Source: Callorhinchus milii (Eukaryota). From it: a stretch of DNA of 64,000 bases. Positions 12,101-25,196 of this stretch are shown here, in pieces. Position 1 is the first letter of the stretch, and each line of letters starts with the position of its first letter. Below the pieces are notes generated by a model. The model was not told where the DNA came from. It saw only the letters and a program-made list of their open reading frames with translations, and ran no database searches. A program made the translations under genes and the position numbers. Location: the NCBI RefSeq assembly GCF_018977255.1, contig NW_024704752.1, positions 10,850,001 to 10,914,000 on the forward strand, written 5' to 3'.

Positions 12101-15100
12101 GGGCACTGAAGGATTTAATAACTTCATTCTTCGTGGATATCTCGTTATGGCAGGACCTGAAGTTCCTTACTATGGCATGACCGTGGGATACAACCAATCA
12201 AGCATCGATATAATCCGACTCTTGATATATGTGTTGTGGGGGAGCATGTGTCGGTTCTCTTTCTTTCCCCAGTCTCCCTTTCTTTCCCCAGTCTGCACTT
12301 CTCCCTATGATTAAGGCCGGCGTCCCGGGTTTCAAGTGTTTCCTGATCCACAGCGGTGTGGACGAATTCCCTCATGTGGCTGAGGTGGACCTGGAGGCAG
12401 CCATGGCTGAGCTGCAGGGTACAGGCTGTGTGCTACTGGTAAATATACAATCTCTCCCTCATCAGCAAGCCAAATACGCACAGCTCAATCCTATCTCCAC
12501 TAAGAACAATAAACTTCAAAGGTCAAGTGTTCTGTTTGTAGCAGAGCTCTGGTCTAGGCGAATTTATAGCAGAGTGCAAACCGATCCAGTGAAAGAACAC
12601 AGCATTGTGAACGGAGAATACCCCTGATTACACAGTTGCAGTGTCCTTTTTGAGTTTACCATCAACAACAACAAATTATATAGTGTATCGTGGGTATGCA
12701 TCCTGCGTACACATAGCTGTATAGCCCTTTATCCCAATTAGAAAGTCACAGCAGCCGAAATGGAGAGCACTCTCCTCTTCTGATTAGACAGAGCCAAGCC
12801 ATCCTGTAGGAATTCCATCCGAACAACTTGTTAAGTAGAGCCAGATTCGGCCTTCAGCTAACGACGCTGTAGATGGAGGTGCAGATTTGTGAGCCAAAAA
12901 GGTTTACAAACAAGTTGTGCGTCAGCCTGGCTCAATTAGTAGCACTCTCAATTCAAGTTCCAGAGTCCACTTTGTTCAACCACAAAATATTTACAGTCAT
13001 TCCACTTTAGAGTAAATCCTGTGCCTGGAGACATCCTTCCAACATGAGACGCTTTATCAAATGCAAGGATTCTTATTCTTCTTATTATGGAATGCTTTCC
13101 CCATACAGGAATATAAAGATTCTTAATCTGCCAAACTAAGTGATCAATACTTTGCATTTTTGAAAGAAGAATATCAACAATATTAAACCACCAGGAGTAT
13201 ATTTCTGAAGCAAGAATGAAGCCATGCTGTTGGGTAGAGTAGAAGTAACTTGCTATACATGACATCAGAGCACTTGCAGTAAGGATAAACAAAGTTCAAC
13301 TGCTAACCTGGGAGTGGGTAAAGAGTAGAATTCATGTAGCTTTGCACTGTATCTGACTGTGTTGTACCTGAACTGAAAGTGTTTGATGCTGACAGAGGAA
13401 GAGAGCACCAGATCCGAGTGCTCCATATTACAGAGCAGAAATCTTGCTTTCAAAGAGTTGAAAACTAATAATAGTTTGCTTCTTCACAGTTCCATGCAGA
13501 AAAAGAACTGGAGCGAGTGAATCCTCCAATACACAGCGAGGGTAAGAACAAAACACTTGAGGAGTCATCACTGGGCACACTCCGAGATGGTTTGGTATTA
13601 CCGTTTCACTGTGTCAGTGCAGCTTTGTCACTCTCCGACTCCATTGCATTTTGTCATTATATCACTGCATCTCTGTATCACTGAGTTATTATATCTGTGT
13701 CCTTATTGATGTCTTTTCACCGGCGTCACCTTATCCCTGTGTCAGTATCCTTATATCTATGTATCTGGAGTCTGAGTTCGTAAACACGCATTCGTACGTC
13801 CAGCACCCGGAATCCCCCTTGACTGTGGAGAGGCAAGCAGCTGATGCTTAAACTCTGCACGTCTAATTGGTGGAACCATTGCTCAATGGGAAGAATGTGT
13901 GCACGAGCTGCGGACAGGAAGACGGTGGCAATGCTCTCACGTATTTCATGCTGACATGGGTTGCCCACCGTGGAAGCTCGCAGAGAATTCCTTGTACACC
14001 CACCAAGTGAGGCTCAAAACCATGCTTGTCGGATGTCGAATGACCAACTAGTAATTATCCTTCTTGTGGGGGGTGGGGGGAGGTGAATGGGGCCTCCTTG
14101 AAGCTGAACTGGCTCCAAGGTGTCATGGTTGGCAACGGAATGTTGGAATCGAGCCAGCCCTCTGTGGTGGTCTCGGTAGTCTGGTTCCTGAGCCAGGCTG
14201 GTCCGTAGTATTCCAGGGCACTGCTGATGATATCACAGCCAGCCTGACTCATTGACAGGACTTGGAAGGACAGACCAATCACTGGGGGCTGGGAGTCATC
14301 CCTCTCAGTTCCTGTTAACCCTGCAAGCCAAAGCCCTAGTGGGTAGGGTGGTCCTAGCTAAACAAGCAGCGGGAAAGCTTGTCGGACAGCACTATCAATG
14401 GCAACCTATGCAGTTTTAGCTGGTTAGACTCCAACCCAAACGAACACTCTGGGGTCCCCAAGTCTTGGCTCTTGCTAACTTAAGCCTTATATTTTCCGGA
14501 ATTAGTAAGCAGGATGTGTCCCTCCAGTCAGGAGTGCGCATTTCATTCCAACAATCTATCTCTAGGATTTCCATGTGTAAGTGGGATGCATGGAAATCTC
14601 AGCTTGGTTTGGATACTCTTAAGCATAGTGATGGGTTTCCACATGTGTCAGACACCCGCCTGACCAAAAATATATGTATCTAATATATTGCTGTCTCTGC
14701 ACATAAGTCAGTGCCATTTCGCAGTGCCATTGTATCTGTCTTTATCATGGTCTCTAGCCCAGGCACTGGATCTTTACATCTCTGTGTTCGTATCACTGTT
14801 TCTGCATAGGTGATCACTTTATCCTGCATCCATCTTCATACCTCTGTGCCCTTGTGACTGTGGTTTATATGTTCCTTTGCCAGCCCCAGATCCCCGTGAT
14901 TACACAACATTCCTCAATTCGCGCACTGATGATATGGAATTGGAAGCCATTCGAATAGTTATTAAACTGTGTTTTCAGTACAGGTTAGTGTGCTGCCAAG
15001 TGGCCTGTTTCAGTCTTTGTAAATATAAATACTTGGCATGCTTGGGCTACATTTGAACCCAAGACCATCCTCTTCAACCGTGCCTATGGCTACCCTCCCT

Positions 15101-17996
15101 GCCCTCCACCCTCCCTTACCTCAATCCCCCTCTCCTGCTCAGATCTAAATCCGTGACTGTCTAGTGCCTCAGGACGTCCTCCCGATGTGAAATGCGCTGC
15201 ACAAATGTAATATTGTATTGTTCAAAAATAGGTCTATGAGAAGACCTAAAAACTGGCTTGCTTAAACCAATGCGAAATGTTTGTTACTTCTAGACAGCCA
15301 CTGATTGACTGTTTTTCTCTGCCCAGAGTCCACTGTCATATTGTTCACCTTTCCTCGGCGGAAGCTGTGCCCATTATACAAGAAGCTCGTAAGGCTGGGG
15401 CTCCACTAACTGTAGAAACCACTCACCATTACCTCTCACTAGCTGCTGAAGAGATACCAACTGGAGCCACACACTACAAGTGCTGCCCTCCCATAAGGGG
15501 CAGATGCAACCAGGTAACAATTTTCCGCTGTTATGAACTTGAACCTTGTTCACACTATCACTTTTATTCAGAGTACATCTACTATACAGTTAGTTTACTA
15601 TACAGCCCACTATGTCCTTGAGGAGAAGCTTTATGGACTATATTTTGTCAGCCTGGCTCAATAGATAGCAACCTTCACCTTTCAGTAAGAAGGGAGTTTC
15701 TCCCTGTGTCCTGGCCAACAATCGCCCAATGTCCTACAAACATGGTTGTTTGTAGGACATTGCTGTGCACAAATTGGTTGCTGCATTCTTCTGCAAAACA
15801 CAGTCACTAAACTTTACAGTAGATTCTGTGAAGTTTTTGATTCGTCATCCCGACATGAAAGGCGTTATATCAAATGCAAGGATTATTAAGAATTATTTGT
15901 GATCGATCTATAAAGTCATACCAGTCCCTCTCTGTCCATCTCATGCAGGAGAAATTGTGGTCTGCACTGAAAGCTGGGATAATAGATATGGTGGTGTCTG
16001 ACCATTCGCCATGTACAGCAGATCTCAAACGCCTAGAGACTGGAGACTTTATGACAGCCTGGGGAGGGATTTCCTCTCTGCAGTTTGGTGAGTCAAATTA
16101 CTGTCTGCCACATTAAAATTAAGTACAGAATGCTTCTATGAGTCTTGTTAATGATAGTACAAATGATCTAACACATTTTAGGTAAGCTTTACTTAACAAA
16201 AAAATACCCTGAAAAGACATATGCAAACACGTCTTGAAAGTTGCTGAAAAAAGGAGACATTTTTATGCCATTAGTTTAGACTCAAAACTAAATTACAGAG
16301 ATGAAAGGATAACTGTGAAAACCTAACATACAATACAGTCCATATACAACACTTTACTTTGATCTGATGAACTCCTAAAAATCTCACAGGGGCTATGAGA
16401 CAACATTCTGGAAACGCTCCAGAGTCAGCTTCATAGTAACTGAATTCTGATGCCAACTTTCCTGCCAGTGAGACATTTCTGCAACGCAATGGCATTTAAA
16501 CAATTGCATCACTGTTTTCCAAACTTTTTTTGAACAAAATGTTTCTTTAAATAGAAGTAGCTTCAAGAGGAATGTGTGTATATAGGAACCTTTTGCCAAA
16601 GACTTTAGAAAGAGTTTGAGTTTATACCCTCCCTTACAAAATATTATACGATATACTGTAAGTAAGTGCTAGTAGCACGAAGGCATGTTTGCAGTTGCTG
16701 TGGATAATGGAGGGTGGGGGGAGATGAATGAATGAGCACTTATTGCAGATGTTTCTCAAATGCATCTGTCTTGTAGGACTCCCTTTGTTCTGGACTGCTG
16801 CACGTCAGCGAGGATTCACTCTGCATGATACAGTGAACCTGATGTGTAAGAACACAGCTAAACTGTGTGGGATTGAGGACAGAAAGGGATCTCTTGCCCC
16901 TGGTAAGGATGCAGACCTCGTTGTTTGGAATCCTGACAAAGAGTTTGAGGTAGGTTAATCGGACATTGCCACAGGCATTTAGATGTTTTCACACCTGCGT
17001 ACAATTTCAGTGACAATTGATTATTTCTTTCCAGGTAAAGGAGTCCATAATTTACCACAAAAACAAAGTAAGTGTGTTTAAGAAATGCTCTTTTCTCAAA
17101 CAATCTGAAGCGTTAAGGTCAAGAAGGGAGCTCAGCCTGACATAATATTGATCGATTGTTCAGCAGGAGACTGAAGCTGGTCAATGCCAGTGTCTCTGCT
17201 CCACAAAGAGAACCAATATTCCATCTCTTGAGACATTCCAATGAACAACTGATCTAAAAGCTGCCAAAACTACCTGCGTGAGGCAGTGAGTGCACACAGG
17301 TAGCTCCAGGATTGATCCTCACTCCTGCAGTGTGTGTGAGTGAGAGAGAGATGGTACTGAATCCAGCACTCAATAATTGATCCAGTGAGCATGAAACAAG
17401 TGGTGCTGGGTATGCCTTGACTCAGGCAGTAAGTGACAGATGATCTGAGAGACCAGGTACCTACCAACTAAGGCAGCGAGATCGAATTCCTAGCTGGCAA
17501 GTGAGTTGGCACATTTCCCTTTCACTTCTGCAATCAACATTCCAGCGCAAGGAATATGGTAAATATCTCTGCTTGAGTTTGGCTGGAACCCCCCCACCCC
17601 TCCCCCACCTCTAAATGAAAGTAGTTTGGCCAGCCTCAGACCTTTCTTGAAAGGCATGACAAAAAAATTGCCTTTCCTGGCATTAAATTGTCAACTTCAC
17701 TTTAAGAAACCTCAAGGATATCAGGAATGGGAAATGGAGAAGAGTAGGGGAGTTGCACTCTGTATCCAACTGTGCTAGATCTGACCTGAAAGTGATTGTT
17801 GCTGACCTTTGTTGCTAGGAATAAACCTGACGGCTGTGTTGTGTTTGAATTTCAGCTGACCCCTTACCTTGGACGGAGACTGTACGGTGAAGTTTTTATT
17901 ACCATTGTCCGAGGCAACATTGTCTATCTCCAAGGACAATTCCCCACCCTACCCAGTGGGGAACACATCCTGGTCAATGCCAACAGCGCCACATGA
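9175..17996 (+). CDS. Allantoinase (metal-dependent amidohydrolase, AllB/DAL1 type), 462 aa, 11 coding exons
   Basis: Exons 9175-9324, 9926-10077, 11886-12000, 12292-12438, 13490-13541, 14884-14983, 15327-15513, 15949-16087, 16777-16949, 17035-17067, 17856-17996; all GT-AG, total 1389 nt in frame. Motifs: [34 protein letters not shown] (carbamylated Lys), [46 protein letters not shown]. An in-frame TGA lies two codons upstream of the ATG. Confidence 0.95.
10412..10550 (+). mobile_element. Penelope-like element terminal repeat fragment containing a minimal hammerhead ribozyme motif
   Basis: CTGACGA-A-GGGTC-gtg-GACCC-GAAA-TGTTGACTC followed by ..CTCTCTCCATAGATGCTGCCTAACCTGCTGAGT..TTCTGTTTTTGTTTCAGA, a common shark Penelope-type end recognised from memory. 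Confidence 0.65.
10858..11035 (-). mobile_element. SINE 3' half (L2-type tail)
   Basis: (AAT)n-CCTTGCATTTGATATAG..AAAGCGCT..CAATTGCACACAGCAGTG. Confidence 0.8.
15648..15890 (+). mobile_element. Internally deleted DeuSINE-like element
   Basis: GCCTGGCTCAATAG..GGGAGTTTCTCCCTGTGTCCTGGCCAACA..TGCTGTGCACAAATTGG..ATATCAAATGCAAGGATTATT. Confidence 0.6.
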
Positions 17997-18392
17997 TCAT
18001 GTACTGAATAATGAGGAAACACGTGTTCAATCTTTCTTTTTACACTCTGACAGTCTTTGTAAAGTGTGATTTCTTCTGTCTCACTGCACTTCTAAAACCA
18101 AGGTATTGTTGGTGAGGGAGGAGGGAGAAGGTGCTGGTAAAATAACTCAAGAGAATCCCACCGGATACATTTTATGTTAGTATTAAACGTGATCTGCACT
18201 CAATCTCATTTCTCAGCACATCCACACAACACAAAGATTTCTACTCAAATGTTGATTCCTCTGAATTGCTCATAAAAGACATTTCCACTGGCGTGTTACT
18301 ATGCAAGCTATTACTGTACGATTGGTTGACACATGGCAGCATTTAAACGCATTAAACATTCATTCATGTGTGCAGGAATATATCACTTCTGT

Positions 18393-18398
18393 AATAAA
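18393..18398 (+). terminator. Candidate polyadenylation signal of allantoinase
   Basis: AATAAA about 400 nt after the stop codon; a second one lies near 18445. Confidence 0.4.
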
Positions 18399-20632
18399 TT
18401 CAAGAGTTTGTTGGAATGCTGGAATACGTGTAAATCCACAATTTAATAAAAGTGGTTTAATTTAATCTCTACTCACGGATCACTACTCTGGTCTAGGTTG
18501 TACAAAGGACATCTAAAAACTAATCCTTCTATACCAATCATTGCACCTACTATTGGAATATTATACAGGGTTTCCTCACTCTCTTAACTCATTCAATGGC
18601 TTAACCAATTCCATATATAATGATTACAGACAGCATTAGGAGAAAAGAACCTTTCATCCCATCTATTTTGGGCAGGATTTGAACACTAGTCCAAACCAAA
18701 GGATTTGCTTGGTAGGAAAACATGGCAGCAATACTGACTTATTTCAAAAATTTGAAAGAGGAATATAAATTCAGAACACAGTTGCAGCATTTAAAAATGT
18801 AAGTAATATTTCCATATTCATCAGATTGTGGGGGTTCAAACTGTTGGAATTTTGTTGGCATGATGATGTAATATATTGTCTATATGAGACAATATGTAGA
18901 CAATATGATACATCATCATGCCAACAAAATCCCAACAGTTTATTTTACAGCCTTCACAAAGAGATCTTTCTTGTATTCTAAAGAGAAGGCCACTGTGTGG
19001 CCTGATAATTACACTAAATAACAACAATTTGCATTTACATAGCACCCTTCACACGGGGTAGCATCTCGGAGCTCTTAGCAATGGTGGAGCCTGACATAAT
19101 GCAGGGCGAAAGAAGAGGTGACTGTAGGCACGGTCAAAGTTCTTCAGATGTGATTTGAAGATGGGCAAAGAGGGGGCAAATCACAGGGTTTGAGGCAGGG
19201 AGTTCTAGAGTTTCAGGCCATAGTAACTGAAAGCACAGCTGCCAATGTCTCATCCTGACTGACACTGCCAGGAATGACTCTTAACCTAATCAAAGTTGAT
19301 TCATCCATCACAGACAATTGTTATCAAGTTATCTCACCTGACTATAGAATTCTCAGATCACATCATCTCAGAAGTTGGATTAATCTTGTGATTCTAATCA
19401 AATTAACCTTTCAACCTGGTTATTCGTTCTTAGCCTGTGTCTTTCTAATCACTGCAACCCATGAGACACTTCAAGAGCAGTTTTGGTAGATGGCTGGAAA
19501 AGCTGATAAGGTTTGTTAAGTGTGTTACTAACTATGTTAAATGAGAAAATACTTTAACAGCAGAGGAGAGAAACAATGACTGATTAAATCATTAGAGAAC
19601 CATCCAAATTATTGCAATACAAGTAGATAGCAATGGCTCTTTACAGAACTGGATAAGTGCAGAATATCATGCAATATTTCATATTTGAGTAAAAGTGTAG
19701 TGATTGTGTATTTGTGGGTGAATGTGACAACCAATTTGTGGACAGCAATAATAAATAATAATGATCCTTGCATTTGATATAGCGCCTTATCAGGTTGTCA
19801 AGACGTCTCAAAGCGCTTCAGTGTACTGTACTGTAAAGTGAATTGTTTCTACATTTTGTGGGTGAAACGTGGCAGCCAATTGTGCACAGCAGTGTCCCAC
19901 AAATAGTCGTGGATTTATTTAATTTTGTTACTAGGAAACAATTTCTCACTGTTGATTTCATCAAAACCCCTTAAAAATGTCAAAGACTCCATCAGGGTTT
20001 GAACACGCGACTTGCTGACTCAAGGGTGCAATTAATGATTGTTACAGGGACAACTTTGCTGAGTGCACCTTGCTTACCAATATACTGGACTGTGAAGGGG
20101 GCTCACAAAATTTTGCTCAAACAGGGCCCGTGCAATCTGAACCAGATCATCTAGAGGAAGGCAGAGAGCAGACTTAAAGTCTTTTCCTAAAGACAGGAAT
20201 AGAAAAGTAGAAAATAAATCGTCGCAGGAGTAGTGCTCTGAGCAACAGAGTAGATTCAAGAATTTAAAAACAGCATTTGTCCTACTATTTCTGTCAGAGA
20301 AAGATGCATAAGGAGAGTGGTGGGGTGGATATTTACTTTGAAGGGTATTATTATGGAGAAGAGAAATGGGGGAAAACAACAGATCCAGAACAAAGCATTC
20401 ATTATCTCCCTCAATGACCAACATGTGGATCCTCTGTAAATAGTCAGGCAAGATTTCATTCATTGTTCCCTTAAAATTTTATCATTCATTAAATGAAATG
20501 TCAGACGGACTCAGTCCACCAATTATATACACGTATATACACACACAAACACATACAGTCCACATATAACAACAACAATTTGCACTTATATAGCATCTCA
20601 GAGTGATCACATGTGGTGTCATCCAAAGAAAG

Positions 20633-23600
20633 TCACTTCTTCACAAAATATTTGGTGATAAATTCTGCTGATAAGTCTCTGAAAGGAGTGTCTGAATCAG
20701 ACTTCATCTTAGGTATCCGGCAGAGAGCGCGAATAGTCGGGGAACGCAGCAGCAAGTTCTGTCCAAGACCAGCCCAGCTGGAGGTCAGCCAATAAAGAGC
20801 CATAGACTGAAAACAGAAAAGGAGCTGAATAAGCACTTCTCACTGAACCATACACAATACACTCTCCGCTAATGCTACTGACGGATATACTCGGGGATTA
20901 GGCACTTAGGTTTTCCTAGCCTTGAGTATTTGTGGGAAAAACATACTGTTCCCTTCCATCATTGGCTAAGTATCATTTTCCACCTCATTTCATTCCTTGC
21001 TGGGATGATCTGTGCTCAGATTAGAATTACAAGTAACAGTGCTGCTCTCAAGCAAGCTCCTAGCAGATGCTCATGTAAACTCATCTTCCGAGATCCCTTG
21101 GTATAGGTTGATTCATACACCGTTGGCAATGGCCAAAACTTAAACTCGTGGATCTTCCAGTCAGCAGGTTACCTACCCACGTGGAATTTAAAATCAGAGG
21201 AGATAGCTTTTAACAAAATACCACATTGTTGAGATAATGCTGACACAGAAAATAATCATAGTTATTACACATGTACGCATGTCACATCCAAACGGGATTG
21301 GCTTTGGTTCTGGGTAAGAATGAGTACTTGGCAGAAAGTACTTCATGAAACTATATGCAGTAGCATTCACTGTCTTCCCATTGCCTGGGGTAAAAACTGG
21401 AAAAATAAAACCTCTTTTGTTTATGTTGTTTTACTGCCTTGCAGAGATAAGCATCATTTTAGCTGTAAATTTTGAGTAGGATTACATAAAAATAACACTC
21501 AACAACACGATCGCAGGGTCAACATATATTTACCGAGGGCACTGTTGCAGCAATTGGAACCATGATTACTGATATGCTCCGGATCATATAGGTTGCGTAT
21601 TTCTGAATTTTCGACTTTTCCATTTTTCTTAAAGCAAAAATCTAACGAGAGAAGATAAAACAACAATGATTTTCACGTGCTGAGCAGCTGAGAAGCCAAC
21701 TGACCAACCAATCAATGCAGTAACTGGGCAATCTACCAATTACAGTAACAGTAATAGGGAAAAGAAATGTTCTACCAACCTAAGCAGATAACAATTGTGA
21801 TGATGTCAACTTTCAGGATATCAGCAATAAGCACTGAACGCCACCGCTTAATTGTCCAGCTAACTAAGGCAAATCCTTCATCATTCTTCCATATGAAAAT
21901 AAATATCCTTACCTCAACTATCAAAAGGTTAATGAGTCCTAAAAAGATGGGCATGATCCAGGTAGAATCAGGGAGTGTAAGATCAGGAAACCACAGCACT
22001 CCACCCGAAGCCAGACTCTGAATAGCAGGTGCTGAATAGACAAAAAGATAATCAGTGATTTCCTGCCCATAGCCCACAATTCCTCCATCAGCATTCCGGA
22101 TCAATGTCCATTCATTTTCCATCTCCGCATCCCCAACTCACCAACTTTAGCTATACAATCAATGCACTAAATGATGGGAGACAGAGGAATAAACATATGG
22201 CAAGGACAACCAAATGAGTAACTAAATTAAGTTTTTGAACAAGGACCACTCTACACCAAGAATGGATTTTTAATTTTCTATTAATTTGCAAGGCGACAAT
22301 TACAAGTGGTTTAATAGTCACCCTCCTACCCCTACATGGCCTGCCCTCCACTCCTCCTGATCCCAACCCCCCTGCTCGGGTCCAAATCCCCGACTGTCCA
22401 GTGACTTGGGATGCCCTCCCGATGTGAAAGGCACTATACAAATTTAATTTGCTGTTGCTCTTGTTGCTACATAACCCTAAGGCAGCCAGCTTACATCTCT
22501 TTTCAGAGGCATTTCACAGGTAAAATAATGTAAGGTACCTGCAGCAGCATCAGAGGCCATTACACTCAGGTTCCGCAGAGCGATGGAAATACAAATCCAC
22601 AGCGGCAGTTGGACCCAGATGAGCAGAGTTGCTTTGAAAGGATGACAGTTGTCACGAACGTACAACTCGGAGACGATCCTGCTCAGGTTCTTCCTGAACT
22701 GAAAGCTGATTCCCAAGACAAAAGAACAAATTAAGCACGACAATGAAAATGACAACTCAAGAATTTTCTATGAAACAAATTAGTGGCTAAGCAGCAAGAG
22801 TATACAAGGATAAAACTCATAGCACCAGGACACATGCAAACCAAATAGCCCTTGTCTATGTAGATAAAATATTATGACAGTCGTACAGTGATTGTATCCT
22901 GACTCACTGCTGTTAGTTTTATCATTGGGGTATTTTTGCTTAAAAAAAAGTACATGATATTTTAGCAATCAAGCAGATCTGCACTGTAGCATGCTTGTGC
23001 AGAAAGTAGCATCAGCGACAATTCCTTCACGCAATGCATGAGCAAATGACAGCTCAAAGGCAGCCATTCTTTACAACAATTTAACAACTTGCATTTATTT
23101 AGTTCCCCTTCACGCAGGGTAGCAACCCACAAAGCTGACTACTCAGTATTAGAACCTGGGCGTACCTCGCTTCCAGTATAGTACACGTCCACAACACACT
23201 TGTGACACAAGCAAACCTGCACTCAAATGGGACAATTTCTTACCGAGTAACTTTTTCAGACCACTCAAGCTGCTTTGCACGCACAGACACCTCATAACGC
23301 AGTTGCTTGGCTAGTTTCGCAATCTCTGGCTGTAAATTTTCAACCTAGCTAATTGGAAGGTGACACTGGTTATACAATATGCAGAAATAATTCAGATTTT
23401 AAAATCAAAACAATTCCAAAATTATTTTGTTTTAAATTAAACAGTTATTTTCCCTGTTGGATACTAAGAGGTTTCTGTCTGTGCTAAGCTAGCCTGAAAT
23501 CAGGAGAGGATGCTACAATTGGCTGTAGAGTACCTCTCATGCTCAGACAACCATTTCTTACGGTAGGGAGAAAAGTACATTATTACTGAATTAATTGTCC

Positions 23601-24369
23601 ACAAAATACACGGGTTAATTTTGAAAGCATTTTCCAACGTTTATGACATTTAGAAAATACAACACCAAAGGGGATGGTATTTTCAAGATCTCTTCAAAAT
23701 AAAAATTGTAATTTATACTTATTGGTATCATTTTTTTTGCTTAAGTGAATATTGGAATATTTTTTGCTTAAGTGCTAATAATATCATTAGTCCCAACAAT
23801 TATGTACTTTGGTTCTGACATGCATTTACTGGTCAGTTGATGGTGTGTCTTGTGAGTGAAGGAAATGGAAGTAGAAGGGCTATCAATGTTCTGAAATTCC
23901 CCTCTCACCTTGGCAATAATATACATCTGGTACACTGCGAGTGGGATTGTTATAGATGTTCGTAATGCTACTGTAGTGAACATGATGGTTGCCCACCATG
24001 GTAACCCTGTGACCTGGTGCACATTTGTCAATAGGTCTTGTATCAGTTGGATGGGCGGTGAATCTGCAAGGCCCTCATACCAACCAGGCTGAGGAGTGGA
24101 AGTGGATGCAGCAGACAAGCAAGTGGCCGAGAAAAAGGTTCTTCTCTGAAAAAGCAAAGAATTAGCAAGGCTCTATCAGTTGGAACCAGTGAATGAAGCA
24201 CATGTTTTTTACAGGCAGTCCTTTCTTTCAAAATAATTCTGTGACTCATTGAGCAGGACACTCCTTGGATTCTCTGCCACATAAATCCTTGGATTCTCTC
24301 TGACACACAAACTCCAGCATGTGATAAGGCCCAACTTTTCACCTGTCCCAGAACTCGACAGCACAACAT
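20633..24369 (-). CDS. COX18: Cytochrome c oxidase assembly protein COX18 (Oxa1/YidC family insertase), about 310 aa
   Basis: Exons (minus) 24369-24343 (tentative), 24145-23909, 23344-23244, 22705-22539, 22031-21913, 21641-21534, 20806-20633. Motifs: GLPWWATI..TTVALR, VENLQPEI, LYVRDNCHPFKATLLIWVQLPLW, GGVLWFPDLTLPDSTWIMP, PIAATVPSSMALYWLTSS. Confidence 0.93.
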
Positions 24370-25196
24370 CTTGGGAAAACTGAAACAGATTGAAAAGAAA
24401 ATTACACTATTAACTCATTTAATCCTGAATGTTTTAGAATCCCAGGATGATTAACACTTTCTCCAAGACTCTAGACAGTTTTTGTTACCCACAAAACACA
24501 GTCACTGCAATTTACCATATATCCTGCAAAGCGCTTTGGATGTCATCCTGACTTGAAAGGCTATACCAAATGTAAGGATTATGTTATTATTACTCTTGTG
24601 TTAACCCAATCAATCTGTTCGCTAAATCTTTAGTACACATATATAACACACATTACTTAGAAACAGGCGAAATCCAATGAAATGCATAAACTTTTGATAT
24701 TTCGTCACTCCAAGGGAAAAGGTCCGAGTGAGCATATGTATAAATACATGAATCAATGCGGCCGGGAGCTTGACCACGATAACCTAAGTGGCAGTGACAC
24801 GTGAAACAGAATTGAGTTATCAGTGCATTGTATTTGGTTTATTTGGCTTCATTCACCAGGAATGTCTCATAACTGAATCTTTCACATTTTACGATTTTTT
24901 TAATCTTAACCAGCTACGGTATTTTCTTCAGTCTCACTGAATCGTACAGCACCGCAGCTGGAGAACACAGGCATGTCTTGTACCGATGCCACACTAAAAC
25001 TAGTAGTCTGGGATGGCCACAACACATGTTCCTATGTGGACTGTTGTGCTGTAGTCTCTGCTGTCAGGACAGCAATTGGGCATTGGTTTGAGGAGTCAGT
25101 GGGTTGAAGGGCGCAGTGCAGTGCAGACCTGTGGATCTGAGCAGCTAAAGGGGCGGTGGAGACGGTGCTGGGGTCGGGGTGGGGGTGGGGATGAGG

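Noticed and set aside
14222-14250. C/D box snoRNA (CTGATGA..CTGA)
   Set aside because: Boxes are too close together and there is no terminal stem.
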